A DNA stretch of 33,124 nt from an uncultured Acidobacteriota bacterium (GCA_964462735.1 CAYWYX010000002.1:11766-44889), one strand, 5' to 3'. Positions 1 to 9,604 are shown, numbered from the stretch's first letter. Notes: generated from the sequence alone by a model not told the origin. A program made the numbers and translations.

Positions 1-182
1 TATTAGATACTGGTTTGTTTTTATAAGGTAAGGGCTTTAATTTGAAAAGTTTCATGATTATTTTCTTTGGCATGAAATTTTTGAATAGAAAAGTATTTTC
101 AGAAATGGAGAATTAACGTTATTGTGATTAGTAAAGAAATGATCTGCCACCTTCAAAAACATGTACTGACCTGAGGTGTTAT

Positions 183-1631
183 ATGAAAAATGTTTTGATT
201 CTAAGCTTATTGATTTATTGTTTTTTTTCATTTCGATTTGTATCTTTTGCCTTATGGCCCCAGTTTCGAGGAGTTAATGCCTCTGGCGTAGCTCAGGGTA
301 ATTATAAATTGCCGGATCAAATTGGTCCCAATGACAATCTTTTATGGAAAACGCCTCTACCCCCGGGTCATTCTTCTCCGGTGGTTTTTGGTAATCAGGT
401 GTTCCTCACAGCTGTCGAGAACGGTTCGCTTTATACAGTAGGATTAAGTAAAGAAACTGGAAATCTTCTTTGGAAAGTTAAAGCAGAACACAAAACTTTG
501 GAAGAGGTTCACCGTGATGGCAATCATGCTCAGTCCAGTCCTGCAACTGACGGAGAACGAGTTATTAGTTTTTTTGGCTCTAGTGGTCTTTTTTGCTATT
601 CCCTTGAGGGAAAGCTTCTTTGGCATCTTCCTATGGGACCATTTAAAAATGGTTTTGGTGCCGCGAGTTCTCCTATAATTTCTGGAAACTGGGTTATTCT
701 CAACCAAGATCATGACAAAGATTCTTTTTTGATTGCAGTTGATAAAAGAACTGGAAAAATAAAATGGAAAACAGATCGGCCAGAATTTCCTCGAGGTTTT
801 GCCACCCCAATCACTTTAAATGTTGATGGAAAAAAACAGATTGTAGTTTCTGGAACACTAAGAATAATCGGATACGATTTTGAAACGGGTCAGAAAATTT
901 GGACGGTTGGAGGTATTTCTCGTATTGTTAGTACGACACCCGTTGTTGGAGATGGAGGTGTAGTTTTTAGTGCCACAAGCTCACCCGGCGCTGATCCAGG
1001 AAAACGTGAAGTATTAGAAACTTTTTCTCAAGTCAAAAAAAAGTTTGACAAGAATAATGATGGAATGATTGAAGCCAAGGAGTTACCAGAAGGTTCTCTT
1101 AAAGGTCGCTTTAATCAATTTGACCTAAATAAAGACGATCATCTATCTGGAGTTGAGTATGTTGGTATGAAAGATATTTTTGAAAGGGTTGAAAATGTTG
1201 CTTTAGCTATTAACACAGGAGGTCAAGGTGATGTTACCGGTTCTCATGTGTTGTGGAAACAGCCTCGTTACCTGCCTTATATCCCCTCACCAATATTTTA
1301 CAAAGGGATACTTTTCTGGGTCAAACGCGGTGGCATTGCTGCTAGCATTGATCCTAAAACAGGAGAAATATTTAAGGTAGGACGTATCTTTGGTCAATCC
1401 AGTTACTATAGCTCACCAGTAGCTGGAGATGGAAAGATCTATTTCATCAGTCAAAAAGGTGAGTTAAGTGTGATTAGTGCCAAGAAGCAGTGGGAAGAGT
1501 TAAGTAAGGCTGATTTTTCTGAAGAAGTTTGGTCTACTCCAGCAATTTCCGAGGGGCGGATTTATCTTCGTTCAAGTGATCATCTCTACTGTTTTGGGCT
1601 AGCTACATCGATAGCGGAGGTTCAAGAGTGA
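183..1631 (+). CDS. Secreted PQQ-binding-like (BamB-type) beta-propeller repeat protein with an inserted EF-hand pair
   Basis: Signal-like N-terminus followed by WPQFRG; repeated blade motifs (LLWKTPLP-GHSSPVV, SSPATDG, ASSPII, TGKIKWK, YYSSPVAGDGKIY, WSTPAISEGRIYLRS..HLYCFG); GAGG RBS upstream of ATG. Confidence 0.85.
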   Translation: MKNVLILSLLIYCFFSFRFVSFALWPQFRGVNASGVAQGNYKLPDQIGPNDNLLWKTPLPPGHSSPVVFGNQVFLTAVENGSLYTVGLSKETGNLLWKVKAEHKTLEEVHRDGNHAQSSPATDGERVISFFGSSGLFCYSLEGKLLWHLPMGPFKNGFGAASSPIISGNWVILNQDHDKDSFLIAVDKRTGKIKWKTDRPEFPRGFATPITLNVDGKKQIVVSGTLRIIGYDFETGQKIWTVGGISRIVSTTPVVGDGGVVFSATSSPGADPGKREVLETFSQVKKKFDKNNDGMIEAKELPEGSLKGRFNQFDLNKDDHLSGVEYVGMKDIFERVENVALAINTGGQGDVTGSHVLWKQPRYLPYIPSPIFYKGILFWVKRGGIAASIDPKTGEIFKVGRIFGQSSYYSSPVAGDGKIYFISQKGELSVISAKKQWEELSKADFSEEVWSTPAISEGRIYLRSSDHLYCFGLATSIAEVQE

Positions 1632-2377
1632 AAGAAAAACATAAGCTTCAGTTTACAGATAAAGTTTCCCTAGTTACTGGAGGGGGAACAGGCATTGGGG
1701 CTGCTGTAGCAAATCAATTTGCTGAAGCTGGAGCGACGGTAATAATTTGTGGTCGCAATGAAGAACAGCTTCAAACTTCTATTGAAATGATGACAAACAA
1801 TCAAAGTGTGCATGCATATCAGTTGGATGTTTCTAAACGGTCTCAAGTCGATGTCCTGGTTGGAGAGATTATTAATCGGTTTGGAAAGATTGATTTTTTG
1901 ATTAACAATGCTGGTGTTAATGTTGTTGATCGGTCGATTAATCAATTGTCTCCAAAAGACTGGGATTACATTATGGATGTTAACTCGACAGGAGTTTTTA
2001 ATGTCACCCATGCTGTTTTACCTCATATGAGAACAAGCAAGAACGGAATGATTATTAGTATCGGTTCCATTGCAGGTTGCCGTCCAAGTGAATTAGGAGG
2101 GGGTGCTTATAGTGCGTCCAAGCATGCCATGACAGCTTTTACTAAAGTGATTGGCTTAGAAGAAGGCAAAAACGGGATTCGAGCAACTGTTATTGCTCCT
2201 GGCGAGGTTGACACGCCTTTACTTGAGGCTCGGCCGGTTCCAGTTACTACTGAACACCGGGATCGAATACTTCAGCCTGAAGATGTAGCGGCCGCTGTGC
2301 TGTTTGTAGCGATGCTTCCTCCGCGTGCTCACGTTCCAGAATTAATTATTAAACCCACTTTTCAAGCTTTTTCTTAA
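1628..2377 (+). CDS. Short-chain dehydrogenase/reductase (classical SDR, likely NADP-preferring)
   Basis: TGGGTGIG, CGRN, NNAG, catalytic YSASK and PGEVDT motifs; GTG start overlaps the upstream stop (GTGA); GGAGG RBS. Confidence 0.92.
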   Translation: MKEKHKLQFTDKVSLVTGGGTGIGAAVANQFAEAGATVIICGRNEEQLQTSIEMMTNNQSVHAYQLDVSKRSQVDVLVGEIINRFGKIDFLINNAGVNVVDRSINQLSPKDWDYIMDVNSTGVFNVTHAVLPHMRTSKNGMIISIGSIAGCRPSELGGGAYSASKHAMTAFTKVIGLEEGKNGIRATVIAPGEVDTPLLEARPVPVTTEHRDRILQPEDVAAAVLFVAMLPPRAHVPELIIKPTFQAFS

Positions 2378-2675
2378 AACGGTGATTCTAGAACGACCAG
2401 AGTTTTTTTTAAGGTTTAGTTTTCAGTTGAGTCGAGTCGGCAAGTCAATAAGTATTTAATAATTTTGTTCTGAGTCATTGATTATGAATTATCTAAATTT
2501 TGTAAAGGAATAGGTAAGTTTATTTAGTCGCTAGAAAAGCTTTTTTTAATAGTAGAAAATGGATTACAGCTTTTTTCTTCGATAATAAAGTCTAAAATCA
2601 GTTTTATAAATCTAAGCTTGCTGTGAGTAAAAGGTTTGACTAATCCCATACCAGATAAACTGTTTAGGAGAACTT

Positions 2676-3794
2676 GTGAAAATTACTAACGTCGAAACGC
2701 TCTATGTACGTCTCCCTCAAGTGAAGAAACAGACGGATAGTGGGCAAGATGCTCTTATTGTTCGTATTGAAACTGATGCTGGATTATATGGTATTGGCGA
2801 AGTAGATTCTTCACCCATGGCAGTTAAAGGGCTCATTGAAGGCCCTTATTGTCATCCACTAAGTAGTGGGTTGCGGGAACTCTTAATTGGTGAGGATCCC
2901 CTCCAGACAGAGTATCTTTGGAACAAGATGTATTACCAGAATATTTATGGAGGTAGAAGAGGTATTGCAATCCATGCCATGAGTGGCATAGATATTGCCT
3001 TGTGGGACATTAAGGGGAAGGCGCTGGGGCTGCCTATTTGGAAGTTGTTAGGAGGAGGATTTCACACAAAGATGCGTGCTTATGCTAGCTCTTTATTTGG
3101 AAAGACTCCTCATGAGACTGGTGAACGAGCCCGGCGTTTTCGCGATAATGGTTTCGATGCTGTTAAGTTTGGCTGGGCTCCAATGGGAGAGAATGCGGCT
3201 AATGATTTAGCTTTAGTACGAGAGGCTCGATCAGGTCTTGGAGAAGATGGGGACTTACTAATTGATGCGGGTTTAGCTTGGGATGCTAAGACTGCTATTC
3301 AACGGGCAAAAGCTTTTTCCGAGTTTAATATTTTCTGGCTTGAAGAACCTCTACACCCTGATGATTATGAAGGCTATTCTCGATTAACTGCAGCTACAGA
3401 AATTCCAATTGCTGCTGGAGAAGAAGAAAGTGAGCATCGGTCTTTTTTAGAGCTCATGGATAAGGGTAAAATTGATATTGTACAGGTTGACCTAACGCGC
3501 TGTGGTGGCTTTACTGAGGCAGTAAAAATAGCCAGTTTAGCTGGAGATCGAGGGTTAAGATGTGTTAATCACGGCTTCACCACCTATATTAATGTAGCTG
3601 CTGCATTGCATTTTTTAAATTCAATACCAAATTCTTTCATTATGGAATTTGTAGTTGAGGAGGGAACGCAGCTAAGAGAAGAAATCACCCGCCAAAGGCT
3701 GGTTGCTCAGGATGGATATCTCTCTATACCCCAGGAGCCAGGCTTGGGAATTGAGCTTGACACCGATGGGGTAGAGAAATTTCGAGTTGCTTGA
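2676..3794 (+). CDS. Mandelate racemase/muconate lactonizing family (enolase superfamily) enzyme, probable acid-sugar dehydratase
   Basis: SGIDIALWDIKGK..LLGG; metal ligands in LIDAG, WLEEP and AAGEE; His-Asp dyad QVD...NHG; PGLGIE C-terminus; AGGAG RBS before GTG. Confidence 0.9.
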   Translation: MKITNVETLYVRLPQVKKQTDSGQDALIVRIETDAGLYGIGEVDSSPMAVKGLIEGPYCHPLSSGLRELLIGEDPLQTEYLWNKMYYQNIYGGRRGIAIHAMSGIDIALWDIKGKALGLPIWKLLGGGFHTKMRAYASSLFGKTPHETGERARRFRDNGFDAVKFGWAPMGENAANDLALVREARSGLGEDGDLLIDAGLAWDAKTAIQRAKAFSEFNIFWLEEPLHPDDYEGYSRLTAATEIPIAAGEEESEHRSFLELMDKGKIDIVQVDLTRCGGFTEAVKIASLAGDRGLRCVNHGFTTYINVAAALHFLNSIPNSFIMEFVVEEGTQLREEITRQRLVAQDGYLSIPQEPGLGIELDTDGVEKFRVA

Positions 3795-3900
3795 TCAAGT
3801 GGAACACCACAAAAAATTACTTTAGGCAACAGTGGTTACCAAGTTAGTTGAAAAGTTTTTTAGAACAAAACGAATATCTAAATATAATCTATCCGTTGTT

Positions 3901-4188
3901 TTAAGTTAGCAGAGCATCTTTGACGGACTTTGCAACTCTAAATTTGACAACTTTTTTGGCAGGAATCCGGATTGTTTCACCCGTCGCAGGATTTCGACCA
4001 TTCCTTGCTTCCCGCTGCACTAGAACTAAGCGTCCGATACCTGAAAGAACAAATAATCCGTTGTTCTTAGTTTCTTCGATAGCAATGCTGGCATAGCTCT
4101 CAAGAAAGGATTTTGTACTCTTATTGTTAGTGCCAGTAGCTTCTGCAAGCTTCTTAACCAGTTGTGACTGCGTCATTTTAGTTGCCAT
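3901..4188 (-). CDS. hup: HU family nucleoid-associated DNA-binding protein
   Basis: ARNGRNPATGETIRIPAKKVVKF signature; start moved from 4218 to the ATG at 4188 (MATKMTQ), which follows an AAGGGG RBS, giving 95 aa. Confidence 0.93.
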   Translation of the reverse strand: MATKMTQSQLVKKLAEATGTNNKSTKSFLESYASIAIEETKNNGLFVLSGIGRLVLVQREARNGRNPATGETIRIPAKKVVKFRVAKSVKDALLT

Positions 4189-4387
4189 ATTTCCCCTTGA
4201 AGTTTTGAATGAAAACAAAAGTTGTATTGTGTAAACTAAATTAATTAATCTAGGAAGCCATTATAATAAATGCCTAGGGTATCAACTGTAAAGCTAGAAA
4301 AATAATTCTTTTTAGTATTCAAGTTCAGTATATGATTTTTGTGTTGAAATTATAACTCAAGCCTCAAAAAATAGGCTAACCATCTAT

Positions 4388-4948
4388 TTATTTTTTGTTG
4401 GGGAAGATATTTTTCAAGGGGGTCCTAAGGTACATTTTAAAATTAATTTTTGAAAGTTTTCCGGAATCATCTCTGTATTGAAGGTTTAAAATGATTTCTG
4501 AATTATCAGATGTTGCTGCTCTATAAGCTCTTAACGTGGCTCTCCAGTCAAATTTGGGAATGTACGGATCTTGTTTTTCATCCTTTATATTTAGTTCTTC
4601 TATTGATTTCGAAGATGTTAGCAATAAAGTTCCTATTAGGGGTATAGTCTGATGGACGTCGTTTAGGGTTTCTGCATTAGATAGTTTGTGTCCAGGAACC
4701 TTTGCAATTACATTTTCTCCTTCAAGGAAAAGAAGAGAAAAATTTTCAGGTTTCAGCCAGATCTGAACATCAAACTTACCTCTTTTTACCAGTGTGCCGC
4801 TACTTGTTAACAAGTCGATAGGTAGGCGGATTTCTCCGTTGTAGGTTTGTACTTCTGTAGAATATCCTTTTCCTAACAATAATAGTGTAAACATTACTGA
4901 AAGAATGCTAGTTAGGCCCATTGATTTTTTAAATTGCCATTGATCCAT
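4388..4948 (-). CDS. Hypothetical exported protein
   Basis: 186-aa ORF filling the gap between DUF1501 and HU on the same strand; hydrophobic signal-like segment LTSILSVMFTLLLLGKGYS; no family recognised. Confidence 0.65.
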   Translation of the reverse strand: MDQWQFKKSMGLTSILSVMFTLLLLGKGYSTEVQTYNGEIRLPIDLLTSSGTLVKRGKFDVQIWLKPENFSLLFLEGENVIAKVPGHKLSNAETLNDVHQTIPLIGTLLLTSSKSIEELNIKDEKQDPYIPKFDWRATLRAYRAATSDNSEIILNLQYRDDSGKLSKINFKMYLRTPLKNIFPNKK

Positions 4949-5031
4949 AAAAACAGATTAAAAGTATTTTTACTGAAATTAAATTGTCTAAAGGGGTTCT
5001 AGAAACTTGATACGGTAATTCACTCTCAGAC

Positions 5032-6486
5032 CTATGCTCTTGTTAATCTCTCAGCCAGATTGTTGTTGCCTCCAACATCGGTTAGTCGGCGATCACGGCC
5101 TTGGTAGAAGTAGGTTAATTTTTCGTGGTTAAGACCAAGTAGTGTCAACATCGTGGCATGTAAATCATGAGCATGGACTTTGTCCTCAACAGAATGGAAA
5201 CCGATATCATCAGTAGATCCAATTACTTTGCCCCCTTGAATTCCACCACCAGCCATCCAAGCTGAGAATCCGTAGGGATGATGGTCTCGTCCTCGAATCC
5301 CTTGTACCATAGGTGTACGTCCAAACTCACCGACACTAACTACTAGAGTACTTTCTAACAGTCCACGTTGTTTTAGGTCTGACAACAATGCGGCTATAGG
5401 TTTATCAACCTTAGCCCCATTTGTTCTATGGTTGGTTTCACATTCAGCATGTCCATCCCAGTCAGTGCTAATCAACTGGATAAACCGCACTCCACGTTCA
5501 ACCATCCGACGACCTAGCAGGCACATTCGCCCGAATTCATCGGTAGGATTTTCACCAATGCCATAGGAACGTCGAACATGTTTAGGTTCCCGAGAAATAT
5601 CCATGAGTTCTGGGGCAGCAGTCTGCATTCGAAAAGCCAATTCATAATTGGAGATCCTTGCCGCAAGTCTACTGTCATCTTGGCGGGTATTCATATGTCT
5701 TTGATTCCATTGATTAACTTGATTAAGCAGAACACGCTGATCCTTTTCGTCGATTTGCACAGGTGGACTGAGATTCATGATAGGAGATCCTTCACCGCGG
5801 AGTAAGGTTCCTTGATAAATTGCGGGCAGGAATCCCGAACGAAAGGATTTTCTACTGCGTGTACCTACTATTCCTTCAGTCATTGCCATGAAAGCTGGTA
5901 AGTTATCTGTTTCACTGCCTAATCCATAAAGTACCCATGAACCTATGCTGGGATGACCATTTAGATTAGAACCAGAGTACATCATGTTTAATGCAGGTCC
6001 ATGAATGAAAAGATCATGATAACAGGAACGAATCACAGCTAGATCATCAGCATGGCTACCAAGCTTATGGAAGAGTTCAGAAATTGCCAAACCGGATTTT
6101 CCATATCTACTAAAACTAAACGGCGATTGCATGAGTTTAGCTCTATTGGCTTGAATATTTTGTAAGTTTATCCCTTTTTCGAGGTGCATACTTGGAGGTA
6201 GAGGATGCCCATCATACTTTGCCAACATAGGTTTTGGATCAAAGGTGTCTACTTGACTAGGTCCTCCCTGCATGAACAAGTAAATAATACTTTTTGCCTT
6301 GGCTGGGAAATGGGAAACTTTAGCTGTTAAGGGGTTTAAAGAGGCAATACGCTTTTCCTGAGCAAAGATTTTATCTTTGTCTAGCAAATGGGCTAATGCC
6401 ATTGCTCCTAGTCCAAAACTGGATTTTTCTAGGAATTCGCGGCGAGAGTGAACCTCAATATGATTATTACAACCAGTGGCTAACAA
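5032..6486 (-). CDS. DUF1501 domain protein (alkaline phosphatase/sulfatase-like fold), Tat-exported
   Basis: Twin-arginine SRREFL; AKSIIYLFMQGGPSQVDTFDPKP, YELAFRMQ, WDGH, GEFGRTP, GRDHHP, HDLHAT and RLTDV motifs; AGGAGG RBS before TTG. Confidence 0.92.
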   Translation of the reverse strand: MLATGCNNHIEVHSRREFLEKSSFGLGAMALAHLLDKDKIFAQEKRIASLNPLTAKVSHFPAKAKSIIYLFMQGGPSQVDTFDPKPMLAKYDGHPLPPSMHLEKGINLQNIQANRAKLMQSPFSFSRYGKSGLAISELFHKLGSHADDLAVIRSCYHDLFIHGPALNMMYSGSNLNGHPSIGSWVLYGLGSETDNLPAFMAMTEGIVGTRSRKSFRSGFLPAIYQGTLLRGEGSPIMNLSPPVQIDEKDQRVLLNQVNQWNQRHMNTRQDDSRLAARISNYELAFRMQTAAPELMDISREPKHVRRSYGIGENPTDEFGRMCLLGRRMVERGVRFIQLISTDWDGHAECETNHRTNGAKVDKPIAALLSDLKQRGLLESTLVVSVGEFGRTPMVQGIRGRDHHPYGFSAWMAGGGIQGGKVIGSTDDIGFHSVEDKVHAHDLHATMLTLLGLNHEKLTYFYQGRDRRLTDVGGNNNLAERLTRA

Positions 6487-6598
6487 ATGTAACCTCCTAA
6501 GGTGCTAATAGTAACCTGGTCAACATTATTTTCTTTATTAGGATTTGTTATTTTAAAATAAGTTATGGCGTAACACCATCCTAGATCAGCACTAATTA

Positions 6599-9259
6599 CT
6601 AATCAACATACATGAATTCACTTAAATTAAAAATTGATAGGCAAAACTTGGTCAAAGCTACGGCTTTAGAGAGAGGGATACTATCATTAGCAGACGCTAG
6701 CTTTAACCAGTTTTCAGCTTTAATTTCTTTTTTTTCAAAAGCTTGTAGTAGAAGAAGTGACTCGTTTTTTTCCTGTTTTGTAGGAAGACGTCCTAAAGCT
6801 AGATACCAGGCTTTTTCAATCCATTTAGAAGGAATGTTATTACCTTTTAATAAACGTTTAGCAAACTCTTGAGCCTGATTTAAAGATTGTTGATGATTCA
6901 TGAACCAAAGAACCTGTGGTGTTACTGTTGTGACTTCACGTTTAGGGCAACTAACTGAATTGTCAGGATTGTCAAAAGCCTCGAACATAGGATAAGTGAA
7001 ATTTCTTCTAACAAGAATATAGATTCCCCGCCGTCGGTGGTCAGCAAGATCAGAAGATACATGCCATTTATATGGACCATTTCCACTTAAAGCAGAAAAT
7101 TCGTCGGGAGATAGAGGAGGCGTAACTGCTCGACCACCCATCTTTAGATTCAATGTCCCAGCTACCGAATGCATACTATCCCAAAGGGCTTCCCCTTCTA
7201 GTCTTCTTCTATTCATTCGCCACAAATAACGATTTTCAGGATCTATTTTGGTATAAAGTGGTTCAAAGACCTGGCTGGACATCTGATAGGTATTAGATAA
7301 CATGATCATGCGATGCATGGCTTTGATACTCCATCCACTTGATACAAATTCTGTAGCTAACCAGTTGAGAAGTTTTTTATGAGAGGGGCGCTCCCCTTTG
7401 CGACCAAAGTCATTTGGAGTCCCGACAATACCTCTGCCAAAATGCCAGAGCCAAATTCGATTTATCATTACTCTGGCTGTTAGGGGATGGTCCGTTCGAC
7501 TTAACCAGAGTGCTAATCTCTTGCGACTTCGACGGTGTGAGGATTTAGGTAGAATCTCATTTAATTCAATATCCTGAGCTAAAGCTTTGGGTAGGGATGG
7601 GTAGACGAGTTGATTTTGTTTTCCTAAATCGCCTCGATTAAGAACGTAAATTTTAGGGATCAGTTCAGGGTCAATATGTCCTAAAACAGATGCTGTCCGG
7701 ACTTCCATTATTCCATCAAAATATTTCCCCTGGGCATCTTTTTCAGGGATTTCAAGAATCGCTTTGCCCAAGGCTACTAAAAGCTTCTGCTTTTCTTTTT
7801 TTTCCTTATTAGAAAGTTCTTTATTAAATTTTTCTTGTCCTTCAGGAGTTTTAGCCAGAATTGAGTCAATAAGTATTTTTAAAGGTTTAGCCAAAGCTTG
7901 CTGGGAGGGTGTTTGTTTTTCCTCAGGAATCTCATAAGCCGTAACAACATCAAAAGGAAATTCTTTTTTCTTTAATTTAATGATTCTTTTTTGAACTTTC
8001 TTTTCAAAAGCCCTAAAAGATTTTCTGACTTCATCAGCAGCAATGACCAAAGGGTAGAATTGTTTATGATCAGCTATAGCCATACCAGCCGAAAGAGGGG
8101 TTAATACTTCCTTGCTCTCTGCGAAAATAGCCTGCAGGCTATAATAGTCTCTCTGTGAAAGAGGATCAAATTTATGATCATGGCATCGAGCACAACCCAT
8201 TGTAAGACCCATGAAAGTGGCTCCCGTTATATCTACAGCATCAGTGAGCTTTTCATTTAACAATTTTTCGCTATCCATATTATTTTCGTGAACTTCAGGT
8301 CCGAGAGTATAAAGTCCAGTACCAATTTTTGCCTCTAGATGTTCTAGTTTTTTTTGTGAAAGGGTATAAATATTTTCAAGATCTAAGTTGTCCGGCCACA
8401 GTTCGTCACCTGCAATCTGTTCCTGTAAAAAACGATCATATGGTTTATCATCGTTAAAGGATTTCACAACATAATCACGATACCGCCAGGCATTTCTATA
8501 ATAAACGTCGGTTTCAAAACCTCCAGTGTCAGCATAGCGAACCACATCCAACCAATGTCGACCCCAACGTTCTCCGTAATGAGGAGATTCTAGTAGCCTG
8601 TCAATTAATCGGGAGAAAGCATGGGGGGATGTATCCAACAAAAATTGCTCTACTTGTTCTGGTGTTGGAGGTAAGCCTAATAAGTCAAAATAAGCTCGTC
8701 GAACCAAAGTTTGTTTATTAGCTGGAGGAGCGGGTGTCAATTTTTTTTCTGTGAGTCTAGCTAAGACAAAAGCGTCGATAGGATTTTGTATCCAACTAGA
8801 ATGATTGACATTTGGAACTTTTGGACGCAGCGGTTTACGAAAAGACCACCAAATTTTTTCTTTTTTGCCTAGAGAGGGTTCTTTCCAAGAAGACTCTTCA
8901 TCAATCCAGAGGCGTATTGTTTCGATTTCATTTGGTGAAAGTGATTGATTGTTAGGAGGCATCTTGAGTTCTCCAACCCCAGTGAGGACGTGGAAAAGGA
9001 GACTTTCAGAGCTTTTACCAGGAATAACTGTAGGCCCGCGCAATCCTCCCTTCAGTAGGGTTTGCGGTTCTCTAAGATCTAAGCCAGAAATTTGGTTAGA
9101 TCCATGGCACATCGAACAATGTTTAACCAATATTGCTTTAGCTTTGACTGCTGTTTGACTTTGCCCTTCTACAGGTTTCCCCATCACGAATATTAAGAAG
9201 GAAATAAGGAATATACACTTGAAAATTGTCAAATGTCTCATCGAGTTCCCTAAAGTCAA
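6599..9259 (-). CDS. PSD1 and planctomycete cytochrome c domain protein (PSCyt1 + DUF1549 + DUF1553)
   Basis: Two CxxCH motifs (CSMCH, CARCH); NPIDAFV, YGERWGRHWLDVVRYADT, CHDHKFDP, HPLTARVMINRIW..HFGRG and PSH..LL.WLA motifs; C-terminal EFMYVD; alternative ATG start at 9241. Confidence 0.93.
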   Translation of the reverse strand: MTLGNSMRHLTIFKCIFLISFLIFVMGKPVEGQSQTAVKAKAILVKHCSMCHGSNQISGLDLREPQTLLKGGLRGPTVIPGKSSESLLFHVLTGVGELKMPPNNQSLSPNEIETIRLWIDEESSWKEPSLGKKEKIWWSFRKPLRPKVPNVNHSSWIQNPIDAFVLARLTEKKLTPAPPANKQTLVRRAYFDLLGLPPTPEQVEQFLLDTSPHAFSRLIDRLLESPHYGERWGRHWLDVVRYADTGGFETDVYYRNAWRYRDYVVKSFNDDKPYDRFLQEQIAGDELWPDNLDLENIYTLSQKKLEHLEAKIGTGLYTLGPEVHENNMDSEKLLNEKLTDAVDITGATFMGLTMGCARCHDHKFDPLSQRDYYSLQAIFAESKEVLTPLSAGMAIADHKQFYPLVIAADEVRKSFRAFEKKVQKRIIKLKKKEFPFDVVTAYEIPEEKQTPSQQALAKPLKILIDSILAKTPEGQEKFNKELSNKEKKEKQKLLVALGKAILEIPEKDAQGKYFDGIMEVRTASVLGHIDPELIPKIYVLNRGDLGKQNQLVYPSLPKALAQDIELNEILPKSSHRRSRKRLALWLSRTDHPLTARVMINRIWLWHFGRGIVGTPNDFGRKGERPSHKKLLNWLATEFVSSGWSIKAMHRMIMLSNTYQMSSQVFEPLYTKIDPENRYLWRMNRRRLEGEALWDSMHSVAGTLNLKMGGRAVTPPLSPDEFSALSGNGPYKWHVSSDLADHRRRGIYILVRRNFTYPMFEAFDNPDNSVSCPKREVTTVTPQVLWFMNHQQSLNQAQEFAKRLLKGNNIPSKWIEKAWYLALGRLPTKQEKNESLLLLQAFEKKEIKAENWLKLASANDSIPLSKAVALTKFCLSIFNLSEFMYVD

Positions 9260-9263
9260 ATGA

Positions 9264-9284
9264 AAATAGCACTGGATGCTATTT
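9264..9284. promoter_or_regulatory. 8-bp inverted repeat just upstream of the PSD1 gene (operator or leader hairpin)
   Basis: AAATAGCA-CTGGA-TGCTATTT. Confidence 0.3.
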
Positions 9285-9524
9285 GTAACGGCTTAACGAA
9301 GTATAAAATGATTTGGACCATTCTAAAAGGAGTTTACCTCTAATTTGAAAGATTTAGTTATATCAAAAATTATTGTCTATTTTAGAATGTTTTTTGTATG
9401 AAAACTCTAGATCTATAAAAATTATCATCTGGTTTTAAAATTCTTGATAATGATGCATGAAAAGAAGATATTAGTTTTCATATAGTTAAATTATAATTTT
9501 AACCTCCAAGAAAGTAAAAAAAAG

Positions 9525-9537
9525 TGTCAGACTGACA
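9525..9537. promoter_or_regulatory. Palindromic candidate operator upstream of the amidohydrolase
   Basis: TGTCAG-A-CTGACA, a perfect dyad in an otherwise very AT-rich intergenic region. Confidence 0.35.
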
Positions 9538-9604
9538 TGTGAAAATTGTTTAGGGTGATAAGAATCTATTTGCAATACTTCTATTTTTTATGGGGAGACC
9601 AACT

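Noticed and set aside
47-80. Imperfect inverted repeat AAGTTTCATG-N14-CATGAAATTT and a TTGGCATG sigma54-like -24 element
   Set aside because: Very AT-rich, and no TTGC at the -12 position; not distinguishable from chance
2636-2661. TTGACT...TAAACT promoter-like pair (similarly TTGATA...TATAAT at 4260-4285 on the minus strand)
   Set aside because: The spacer is 14 nt in both cases, too short for sigma70
3799-3816. GTGG-AACA-CCAC hairpin followed by A6, between convergent genes
   Set aside because: Only a 4-bp stem, and no U-tract follows it on either strand
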